Source: Dysgonamonadaceae bacterium
GTDB lineage: Bacteria; Bacteroidota; Bacteroidia; Bacteroidales; Azobacteroidaceae
Reading direction: 5' to 3'
DNA: 58,360 nucleotides
NCBI GenBank assembly: GCA_031270075.1
Contig: JAISYG010000025.1
Location: 1-58,360, forward strand
Shown here: piece by piece, positions 28,888 through 37,441 of the stretch
Layout of the letters: every line of letters starts with the position of its first letter
How positions within the stretch are numbered: the stretch's first letter is position 1
Notes under the pieces: generated by a model
What the model saw: only the letters and a program-made list of their open reading frames with translations
Databases searched by the model: none
Told to the model about the DNA's origin: nothing
Position numbers and translations under genes: made by a program

Positions 28888-31308
28888 CTATTTATTAATA
28901 ATCACCGGCTTCCTGAATACTTCTTTTCCGATCTGTACTTTCAGGATGTATGTTCCGGCGCTCAATTCGTTTACGGCGATGGCATTGGCTCTTACTTCTT
29001 TCCACAAAATTCCGTTCAGTGAATAGAGCCGAAGCAGTGGAATTTCGTCCGAATCTGTTTTGACAAATATCGTTTCTGAAGCCGGATTCGGGTATATTTC
29101 CATCTTCCCGGCAGTTGTGTCCGGAAGAGAATTTCCCGTTGAAGCATTGTAGAGGAGCATATTGTCGATACAAATAGTCAATGTTTTATTCAATATGCCT
29201 TCTTTGCTAATCACTCTTATTCCGGTTAAAGTAAAGTCTTCGCCTTCCGGCAAAGAGGATAATCCGGCCTCCACAAACTCCCAGCCGACGAAATTCAAAT
29301 CGCAGAGCTTGATGACTGCATCTGTACCGTTGGAAAATAATAATTGCAATTCATTACCGGACATGTCGCCGTAAACATGCAAGCCTATTGTCTGTTCGTT
29401 GCTAACAACTGTTTCCGGTTCTGCCATTTTATAGGTAACGTAAGCGCCGTCTGCCGTGAAAGTGCCTTTCAGTTGGTAAGACGATTGGTCGAATAAATAA
29501 GTAGCTGTCGATCGAGTAATGGCAGCGTCTGTTACACTATTGCTCCGGTCGGCATCATACATGTATTTACCTGCGGTTTCAAAGTTTTCAATCACCGTTT
29601 TATTTGTAACTGCCACCTCCGATGTTTTGAAATGGATTTCGATCGGATCGGTTACTTTTACGCCCACTTCGTCTTTTACTTCTGCGCCTACCGTTACTTT
29701 GTATAATTTATCCGGTTGCAAAGCGCTGCTTAACTGGAAATAAAAAGCTCCATGAGGCGCCGGAACATTGTTGTTCTTGACAGAACGGGTCGCTTTGGCT
29801 ATTTCGGCACCGGCTTCGTCCCAAACCTTAATTTCATCGCGCAGATTGGATGTGTTTAGTTTCCGGTCGAATATCAGCCAGAATACCGGATCTTTATAAT
29901 AGACTCCATCGCTTCCTTCGTACGGATATCCTTGCAATAAGACCAGACGATTGCGACTTTTCGTCATAAACTGGATAATAAAATCTTCTTCCATCGATTG
30001 GTTGTCCGGATGACTGGCCGATTTATCTAACCGAACCGTATAGAGCGTAGATGCTTCCAACGGCATATCCGGTGTAAACCGCATGCGGAATTGACTGTCT
30101 TCGAAAGTGATTTTTCCTTCCACTGCCGGAGTAATGGAAAAAGCATTCCGGACGGATTCTTCATCCATATCCCAGTTAAATTCGAGTACGATAGGCGTTG
30201 AACATTCAACCAACTCCCCTGCGGCTACTTTCGGAGAATAATTAATAACTTCCGGCGGTGTATTGCGAATCTTATTCAACTCGAAATTGAAACCGGTGAT
30301 TTGATTTTTCACTACACTTACCTCCTGTGTCTGCGAATAATATCCGTTTGCTTCCGCTTGAATATGGTATGTACCGGGCGCTACATTTTTGAAAACATAC
30401 ACACCGTTGCGTTGATTATCGACCGTATACGTTTCGCCTGTTTCCAAAAGGGTAACTGTTGCACCATCCAGAGGCAGCAAGACATCTTTGGTATATTTTG
30501 TATAGCTTCCGTCCAGAATTAAATTCCGGCTGTCTTTCACCCAGCCGGCCATATTTCCGGTGGGAATTTCACTGCCTTTGAAATAGGTGCAAAACGCCTT
30601 TTGGAAGTTCCATGCTTCCAGCCATTTATATTCCATATTCAGCAGGCGGTAGGTTTCCGGAGTATAATCGTGCATGGCGCCTTCGGAAATCACTCCCGGG
30701 ACTCTCAAACCGCGCAGCACTCCGTATCCGTCAGACCATCCCATGGCGGTACGTCCGAAGGTTTTATCACCTGTTACCCGGTAAGCTCCCGTCCAATGGG
30801 TCATCTGGTTTCCAAACAGGTTTTTTGCTATCTCGGTGCTTATGGCCCGGCTTTCATCCGATTTAGGTGTTGCTGTGGGATAATTGTGCGTATCGCCGAT
30901 ATCTTTTCCTGCATAGAGCATCAGTACGTAATTGGCGGTTCCGGCTCCGGCATTGCTGTGAATGGAAAGCATAAAATCCGCACCGAATTCATTGGCCATT
31001 TGCACAATCGTAGAGAGAGGCAAATCGTCCTGTGTCCGGTTCTGAGTTCGCGACATTTGTACGGTGCATCCCGATGCTTCTAACAGCTCCCGCAACTGCA
31101 ATCCTTTGTCCAGATTGCTTTGCGATTCCCAGAATCCCACATTCGGTCCCACCGATGGGTAGAGCGGTGTAGCAATGCCTCTGTCGTCCGAATCCCAGCC
31201 GCCATGTCCGGGATTAATATGTATTTTTATCCCCGTAAGATCTTGAGCCAATAGAGGACAACTCAAAAAAGACACTATCCATACTAAAACGATACTGCGT
31301 GTTTTCAT
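28888..31308 (-). CDS. N-acetylmuramoyl-L-alanine amidase (Amidase_3) with Ig-like domains and T9SS tail
   Basis: INPGHGG..WESQSN, SIHSNA, SEGAMHD; Big_5-like LEFNWDMD; IYPNP...GTYILKV. Confidence 0.9.
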   Translation of the reverse strand: MKTRSIVLVWIVSFLSCPLLAQDLTGIKIHINPGHGGWDSDDRGIATPLYPSVGPNVGFWESQSNLDKGLQLRELLEASGCTVQMSRTQNRTQDDLPLSTIVQMANEFGADFMLSIHSNAGAGTANYVLMLYAGKDIGDTHNYPTATPKSDESRAISTEIAKNLFGNQMTHWTGAYRVTGDKTFGRTAMGWSDGYGVLRGLRVPGVISEGAMHDYTPETYRLLNMEYKWLEAWNFQKAFCTYFKGSEIPTGNMAGWVKDSRNLILDGSYTKYTKDVLLPLDGATVTLLETGETYTVDNQRNGVYVFKNVAPGTYHIQAEANGYYSQTQEVSVVKNQITGFNFELNKIRNTPPEVINYSPKVAAGELVECSTPIVLEFNWDMDEESVRNAFSITPAVEGKITFEDSQFRMRFTPDMPLEASTLYTVRLDKSASHPDNQSMEEDFIIQFMTKSRNRLVLLQGYPYEGSDGVYYKDPVFWLIFDRKLNTSNLRDEIKVWDEAGAEIAKATRSVKNNNVPAPHGAFYFQLSSALQPDKLYKVTVGAEVKDEVGVKVTDPIEIHFKTSEVAVTNKTVIENFETAGKYMYDADRSNSVTDAAITRSTATYLFDQSSYQLKGTFTADGAYVTYKMAEPETVVSNEQTIGLHVYGDMSGNELQLLFSNGTDAVIKLCDLNFVGWEFVEAGLSSLPEGEDFTLTGIRVISKEGILNKTLTICIDNMLLYNASTGNSLPDTTAGKMEIYPNPASETIFVKTDSDEIPLLRLYSLNGILWKEVRANAIAVNELSAGTYILKVQIGKEVFRKPVIINK

Positions 31309-31318
31309 GATTTCTTTC

Positions 31319-32176
31319 TTATTGGATTATATCCAGTTCTACTACATAAATATCCCCGTCTGTGGTATTGTACGCCACCTTTTTAGCCACGGAAGAGGCT
31401 GTGGGATACATCGCCACCTGACCGGGTTCGCTCAACTGTTTCGTTATTTTACCGTTCAGGCTTTTCATAACGATGATCGATTCAGTGGTATTATATCCGT
31501 CATCTTTATCTTGCATACCCACAACAAGTTCGTTATCGTACCATACAGGAGCGTTCAAATAGCCTAATGATGCAATACAGTTTCCTTTCAAATCGGAAAC
31601 ATACGTTCCGGAAGCAACCGCATTGAATACAATCATCTTCCCGTTAGGGGATAAAGACGCCCATATATAACCATTGGCATTTTCAATGGGATTCAATATT
31701 TCTGTTTTTCCGTCCTTATCGATATTCAGATTCCGGCCATCGCTCCAGACGAAGGGAGATGTTGTTTTTTCAGCAGGGCTGTCTTTTTGTGCCGATTTCA
31801 AATCGCGTTGAGGCTCAAGCAGCGTGCGGATGGTTTTCTTCTGTAAATCATAACTTTTCAGCCCTTCGTACTTCAGTTTCGATTTGTAAACCGTATGTTT
31901 GTATACCAGCTTACCCTCTTCGCTGAACACCGGTTGAAAGCCGGCTCCCGGTTCATCGGAAACCTTTCGTATCGACCGGTTGGAAAAATCATATACATCC
32001 AAGCCTTCATAATTCTCGGTAGTAAAAGCCAATAAATTGCCGGTTGGATTCAATACAGGATGAAAAACTTTCCGGTGATCGCCCAGTAAGCGGTAATGTT
32101 TTCTTACCTCTATCGTCTGAGATAATAGCGGAATGACACTCAACAGTAATAATACACTCAACTGTAGCTTTTTCAT
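31319..32176 (-). CDS. TolB-like beta-propeller protein, signal peptide (partner of amidase 3)
   Basis: HPVLNPTGNLLAF, WASLSPNGKMIVF; clear paralogue of 25732..26649 (ENYEGL/ENYAGL, GMQDKDDG/GMNDKDDG, AMYP). Confidence 0.85.
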   Translation of the reverse strand: MKKLQLSVLLLLSVIPLLSQTIEVRKHYRLLGDHRKVFHPVLNPTGNLLAFTTENYEGLDVYDFSNRSIRKVSDEPGAGFQPVFSEEGKLVYKHTVYKSKLKYEGLKSYDLQKKTIRTLLEPQRDLKSAQKDSPAEKTTSPFVWSDGRNLNIDKDGKTEILNPIENANGYIWASLSPNGKMIVFNAVASGTYVSDLKGNCIASLGYLNAPVWYDNELVVGMQDKDDGYNTTESIIVMKSLNGKITKQLSEPGQVAMYPTASSVAKKVAYNTTDGDIYVVELDIIQ

Positions 32177-32195
32177 GCTTGACTTTATTTGATTA

Positions 32196-34655
32196 TTAAT
32201 TGATTAAAACTTTAACGGTTCCCACCCGGTCGTCCTGCTGCACTTTCAACAGATACAGACCTTGCGGCACTTTGCCTACCGGAAGCGAAACCACATTGGA
32301 AACCGTTTGGGCGCAGGTTTGCGATTGCAGTTTCTGTCCCGAAAGATTCCATAAATCCAATCGCACCAAACCTTGTCCGGAATTATCCAGGTGCACAAAA
32401 ACCTCCCCGTTCGTTACCGGATTGGGATAGACCGAGAAGGCGGAAGTTTTCGGCGTAATCATACCGGTGCCCGGCGCGCCGTTGTAGATCAAAGCGATTT
32501 CTTTTACTGCTATGGTATAATCGGTGCCCGTGGTGTTGTTCGATTCAATATTGAACTTCACATAATTGAATTGGAGCGGGTAGATCGCTATGCCGGCGCC
32601 TTCGAACAGGGAAGCAACAGGTACCGAAAGGTCGAAATCGGTGTTGGCCGGAAACGGCGGATAAAGCGTGTAAAGTTCCGCCTTCGTGGCATTGTGGGCT
32701 CGCAGGGAAATAACCACCTCTTTCAGCTGCAGATCGTCGATACGGGTTACCACTTTCACCGTGTCGGGCAGTCCGTAAAGACGATGGCTTTTGGTGAGCT
32801 GCACAAAGGGCGAGCGTCCGGCTTTATACGGAAAATGAATCGCTGCACCGTGTTCCCAAGTGTCCGGCACCCGGTCGGTATTGAACGTTACGCTCGTTTT
32901 CCATTCATTGATTGTATTTACCGCCCATTCGTCCGGAATAAACCGGTCGCTCACCATGCGTGGCTCCGGATTTTCTACCGTGATGTAGAGCGTATCCGTA
33001 TGTGTACCCAATGCGCCCACCGCATACGTAGTGCCGTTCGACACCGCTTGCAATACGCCGTTATGGATTGTGGCGATGGGATCTTTAACCGTCCAGGTAA
33101 GCACATGCGACGAAATCGGCTGCAATCCACCGGCAGTAAGCGCCGATACTTCTATTTCGTAATTGTTCCGGTTGTCGATGCTTATCGAATCACGAAGAAT
33201 TTCCACGCCGGAAGTGGCTGTAGGAATCACCGTGATTTGTGCAGTAATCGTGCCGTTGTAAGTAGCGGTCAGGATGCCGGGTTCGGTTCCGGTACAGGTA
33301 AAGCGGTTGCCGTCGATAATTCCCAACTCGGCGGGGGCGGACAGCACTACGCCACTCAGGTCGCTGTCGAGCAGTATGCCGTATTGATTATAGGCGTAGA
33401 AATGCATTTCGAAAATACCGTATTGCGGAACCTCTATCCGGGACGAATAAGGCGTAATCGTTGTTATCATCTGATCGTCCGGACAGGTGGCCACTAAAAA
33501 GATGCTGTTGCCGACGGCGCGTTCATGTCCATCGCTTGTGCGGTTTACCGGTCCACCGTATTCGGCTACATACATGGCGCTCGATCCGCCACCGTCCATG
33601 TTGAAGGCGGTATAGGCGCCGGCGCTTCGCATCAGTTGTCCCAGCAGCCGGGTGGTGCATCCGTTCGATTGCGGGTTGCGGCCATCCACTACACAAAAGA
33701 GGACGGAATCCTGGGTTTGCGAATATCCCAGGCCGGTGCGCGGGTGCAAATCGTCCCAGAAGCCTGAAGTAATCACTGTGCCCCTGTCTATAATCTTAGG
33801 ATAGCCGTCGCCGCCGGTCATCTGAGTAAATTCGCTTTGGATACCTCCCTCCAGGGTCAGGTTCAAGTTGAGTTCGATTTCGTCGCCCACCGCGAGTTTC
33901 TGGAGGCGAGTAGCGGCCGTGCCATGTCCCGAAAGCACGGCTTGCCCCTTGGCAATAACCATGTTGCCGATGTTTTGTTCTATTCGGGTTACTTTGGCAT
34001 GCAATGGACGGTTTACGCCCCAAGTATCGCCGCCGGTCAGTTCAATGGCCACTTCCGTACCGTAGGAGTTGGTGTGGGTATAATGGCCGTTGTACTGATT
34101 GTAGAGTTTCAGTTCGTTTTCGCCGCGTATATGGTTGATACTGTTAATTTTCCACGATTCGGTTCCGGTGCTGACCGTTCCGGCATAACTCATTGTGCCG
34201 ATATACGATTTCTTACCGGCATCGAAAGCATAGACAATCCGGCTGCTCGGGATTTTAACCAATTCGCTGTTAACCATATTGCCCGATGTGGGATAACCGG
34301 CATATTCTGCCGTGTTGTAAAAGTCGCCGTTGGTTCCGGCAAAATAGAAAGCGTTTTCGGTCGAAAGGCGTTTAGCTATCTCCGAGGGTGGTTCGCCGCC
34401 ATAGATGGAATCGCGACTGATGGCTGTGCGTATAGTAATATGGGGGTCGGTAACATCGGCTACGAGGAAATAGACGTCCAGCCGTTTGGTGCCGGGGCCT
34501 GTAAGTCGCAACTTCAGGTACTGTGTGGAAGGACCTACCCGATGGTTTTCGAGCGTATCCACGTTGTATTCCGTGCCCTCCAGCGTAATCGTTTGCGAGT
34601 AAAGGGCGGCGGAGAGGAACAGTGAAAAAAAAGAGAGTACTATTTGTTTAATCAT
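32196..34655 (-). CDS. Phosphodiester glycosidase (NAGPA/DUF2233 family) with T9SS tail
   Basis: GTNGDFY, HPRTGLG, VVDGR, AFNMDGGGSS, ERAVGNSI; VYPNP tail. Confidence 0.88.
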   Translation of the reverse strand: MIKQIVLSFFSLFLSAALYSQTITLEGTEYNVDTLENHRVGPSTQYLKLRLTGPGTKRLDVYFLVADVTDPHITIRTAISRDSIYGGEPPSEIAKRLSTENAFYFAGTNGDFYNTAEYAGYPTSGNMVNSELVKIPSSRIVYAFDAGKKSYIGTMSYAGTVSTGTESWKINSINHIRGENELKLYNQYNGHYTHTNSYGTEVAIELTGGDTWGVNRPLHAKVTRIEQNIGNMVIAKGQAVLSGHGTAATRLQKLAVGDEIELNLNLTLEGGIQSEFTQMTGGDGYPKIIDRGTVITSGFWDDLHPRTGLGYSQTQDSVLFCVVDGRNPQSNGCTTRLLGQLMRSAGAYTAFNMDGGGSSAMYVAEYGGPVNRTSDGHERAVGNSIFLVATCPDDQMITTITPYSSRIEVPQYGIFEMHFYAYNQYGILLDSDLSGVVLSAPAELGIIDGNRFTCTGTEPGILTATYNGTITAQITVIPTATSGVEILRDSISIDNRNNYEIEVSALTAGGLQPISSHVLTWTVKDPIATIHNGVLQAVSNGTTYAVGALGTHTDTLYITVENPEPRMVSDRFIPDEWAVNTINEWKTSVTFNTDRVPDTWEHGAAIHFPYKAGRSPFVQLTKSHRLYGLPDTVKVVTRIDDLQLKEVVISLRAHNATKAELYTLYPPFPANTDFDLSVPVASLFEGAGIAIYPLQFNYVKFNIESNNTTGTDYTIAVKEIALIYNGAPGTGMITPKTSAFSVYPNPVTNGEVFVHLDNSGQGLVRLDLWNLSGQKLQSQTCAQTVSNVVSLPVGKVPQGLYLLKVQQDDRVGTVKVLIN

Positions 34656-34689
34656 ACAATGTGAAATAAGTGGTTATGGATTGTGAAAT

Positions 34690-34765
34690 GAGTAGCCACT
34701 CAAAAAAAAGGAGTAGCTACTCGTTGACCCATGAGTAGCTACTCAAAAAAAATAAGTAGCTACTC
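34690..34765. repeat. Four phased copies of palindrome GAGTAGCTACTC
   Basis: Copies at 34690 (1 mismatch), 34711, 34733, 34754 (1 mismatch); periods 21/22/21 bp. Confidence 0.9.
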
Positions 34766-34796
34766 AATTTTCAACGCTTGCTTATACCTGATTATA

Positions 34797-37337
34797 TCAC
34801 TTTACAATCACTTTCGAAACCACGGTTTCGCCGGTTAATCTTACCGCTTTTACTACATAAATGCCCGGGGCTGCCACTTCGGTTGCCGCCGTATGGGCCT
34901 TTTTAGCAATCAAACGGCCGGCAATGTCGTACACTTGGACAGCGGCTACGCCTTCGGTCAAACGGATGGTCTTGCCGGAAACGTAAATGCCCGGTTTATC
35001 GGCTATGGGGAGTTGGATGCCGTCGGTCGCGCCATCTTTCAATTCGTAAACGCCGTAGCCGTTTTCGCCTGTGTAGAGGTACAAAGTGGCTGTTTTAGCC
35101 GCTTCGTTTACTTCTACCGAAGGCATTGCTGTGCGATAGGCATTGGAAAGTGCACCCATACCGTTGGCAGGAAGCGTCCACAACGATTCAATGTCTTTAA
35201 ACTCTTTGTTGGCGTCTTTCCATTTAAACAAACGGAAAGTGGATGGGGGTGTTCCTGATGTATTCATCGATGCTATCAGGAAGAAATGTTCGCCGCCCAG
35301 TTCAAATTCAATCAGACCGTTATGTCCGGCATTGTTGCCTGCCGACCAAACTTCCACATCGGGCGGAACATTGAAAAATCCGTCTACTACGTTTCCTTCC
35401 ATATCGATGAGGGTGGGAAGTGTAGCATTTCCATCGAGATAGAAATAATTTTCGTCCAGCGGGAAAATCTGGGGAGCCGTTCCCGGACTATTCAGCCCGG
35501 TGAGGAATGTGCCTTCTACGGAAGTATCAATCAGAATCACTTCGGCCGGACTTGCAACGCCGTTGATAATTTCCCATTTGTAGGCTTCCATGGCCGAAGC
35601 GTTGGCTGCCATGATAATGGCATGAGTATTCACATCGCCATATACGCCGAATGCATCGAAGCGAATGATGGAAGCGGCAAAGTCGGGATTGTCTAACAGT
35701 ATCTCGTTCACAATCAGAGTTCCCGTGCCGTCTTCCAGGTTGACTTTCCATACCTGGAAGGGCTGTGCATTGGATGTGATGCAGTTGCCCAACAGGATAT
35801 TTCCGGCCGCATCCTGTTTAATATCGTTGTAACGCAGCGTTCCTGCATCACTTAGATCCCCTCCGCTGTTGGTGTATTTGAAATACACATTATCATCCAA
35901 TACAATGGCCGGGAGGCGTTCGCCTGTGGCGCCATCCAGTACCGTCAATTGATGTAAACCTCTGTCGGGGAAGTACATCTTGCCGTTTTGGGCTACCATA
36001 CCGCGTACCATTTGAGCAGCACTTGCTATCGGATTGGCTGAAAAGTTGTCCATTGTGACAGAAATCAGCCATTTGTTTGTTAATGTGTACGTCTTGTCGC
36101 CTGTGGTGTATGCAGGATAGGCGTAGGGGTCTTGAGCGGCAACAGCAGCCAGAGTTACAAAACTTGCAGGGCCAACCAACGTGTGTGTTGTACCGTCGAA
36201 GAGAGCCACGGCTTTCACATTTACTTTTTTGCCTACTGCCTGGCTAATGCCTGCGGCATTGAGTACGATGGTGTTCGTTTCGTCGGTCAGAGTAGCCGTC
36301 GAAGCATCCACAGCGGTAATTTTCAGGCCTTCGATATATACCAATTCGTTGGTATACTGGTTGCCTGCATCGGCAAGCACTGCCGACAACAAAAGCGTTT
36401 GAGCTGTGGGCAGCGAAGCTGTTTCTTTGGCTGTTACCTCAGCTCCGGTCAGTTTGCCATCTGCGGCGGTCGTTCCGCTTACGGTAATCTTATCGCCTGC
36501 AGCCATGCTGGCAACGGTAGCAAAGGTAATTTCCAAGCCTGCGGAAGCATCCTGAATGTACGCCGTTGTTCCGTTAACGTAGGAAACAACGCCTTGCGCT
36601 TTGGTTGCGCCTGTCAGCGCCCATACTTCGGCGCAGGTAGGAATGTACTCGCCGAATTTGGCATACAACGTAATGTCGCCTTCCGTTCCTGCGGGGATCG
36701 ACGTAAGTTTCGCACCTGAGAAATCAGCATTCCTGTACCAGCCGAGAAACGATTCGCCTTCTTTGTACGGGTCGGGAATAAGTACTTCAACGCTACCGTC
36801 GTAGGTAGCCGGACCGGCAAAACCGTGTTTCCATGCAGGCATAAATGCGCCGGGAGTTCCTGCTACTACATAATTGGCAGAAGCCGGCCATGAAGTCCGT
36901 TGGCCGCTTACAAAAAATGCCGAAACATTATAACGCCAATAAGCGTGAGCGGTTTCAGATTCCTCAATAACAGCAACCCCTTGGGAAGCAACAGTGGCTA
37001 CGATATAGTCGTGTAGCCATGTCCATTTGGCGGTTGTAAGCAACTCCCACATTTTATTCGGGCCGGCAGGAGCTCCTGTAAAAACAGCAATACGAGTAAC
37101 AGGATCCGAAGCTGCTAAAATAACATCCAACGTTTCCCATGTGTACCATGTTGCCGTTTCGGCAATAGAGTACTGCACATTGTAATCCTGATTTAATCCT
37201 ACAAGCATGTCAGCCTTGCTCGTCCAACCATAATCATTGGTTACACCTCCGTTCAAAACGTAGGTGATGTTTCCACCTGCCGCAAATGCCAGGATCGACA
37301 TGCAGCACATCATTAGTAATAAAGTAATCTTTTTCAT
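34797..37337 (-). CDS. 846-aa T9SS-secreted protein with InlB B-repeat-like domain, OB-fold-like region and beta-propeller
   Basis: ITYVLNGG...PDPYKEGESFLGWY..DITLYAKF; AYIQDASAGL; tail VYDIAGRLI...GIYVVK. Confidence 0.75.
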   Translation of the reverse strand: MKKITLLLMMCCMSILAFAAGGNITYVLNGGVTNDYGWTSKADMLVGLNQDYNVQYSIAETATWYTWETLDVILAASDPVTRIAVFTGAPAGPNKMWELLTTAKWTWLHDYIVATVASQGVAVIEESETAHAYWRYNVSAFFVSGQRTSWPASANYVVAGTPGAFMPAWKHGFAGPATYDGSVEVLIPDPYKEGESFLGWYRNADFSGAKLTSIPAGTEGDITLYAKFGEYIPTCAEVWALTGATKAQGVVSYVNGTTAYIQDASAGLEITFATVASMAAGDKITVSGTTAADGKLTGAEVTAKETASLPTAQTLLLSAVLADAGNQYTNELVYIEGLKITAVDASTATLTDETNTIVLNAAGISQAVGKKVNVKAVALFDGTTHTLVGPASFVTLAAVAAQDPYAYPAYTTGDKTYTLTNKWLISVTMDNFSANPIASAAQMVRGMVAQNGKMYFPDRGLHQLTVLDGATGERLPAIVLDDNVYFKYTNSGGDLSDAGTLRYNDIKQDAAGNILLGNCITSNAQPFQVWKVNLEDGTGTLIVNEILLDNPDFAASIIRFDAFGVYGDVNTHAIIMAANASAMEAYKWEIINGVASPAEVILIDTSVEGTFLTGLNSPGTAPQIFPLDENYFYLDGNATLPTLIDMEGNVVDGFFNVPPDVEVWSAGNNAGHNGLIEFELGGEHFFLIASMNTSGTPPSTFRLFKWKDANKEFKDIESLWTLPANGMGALSNAYRTAMPSVEVNEAAKTATLYLYTGENGYGVYELKDGATDGIQLPIADKPGIYVSGKTIRLTEGVAAVQVYDIAGRLIAKKAHTAATEVAAPGIYVVKAVRLTGETVVSKVIVK

Positions 37338-37388
37338 GATCGATAAATGTATTATGGACTTCTAAATCTTCTATTTATTATTTCGGAT

Positions 37389-37428
37389 TCTTCACAGGGC
37401 CGAAGTCCGTTTTAAACCCTGTGAAGGA
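37389..37428. terminator. Intergenic stem-loop after GHL10 gene
   Basis: TCTTCACAGGG...CCCTGTGAAGGA inverted repeat. Confidence 0.45.
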
Positions 37429-37441
37429 TCAAATGCCTGTT

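Noticed and set aside
34690-34765. Mini-CRISPR
   Set aside because: 12-bp repeats with 9-10-nt spacers are far too short
13623-37337. Diversity-generating retroelement or invertible shufflon behind the repeated modules
   Set aside because: No reverse transcriptase or recombinase and no near-identical template or inverted repeats; copies are old and diverged
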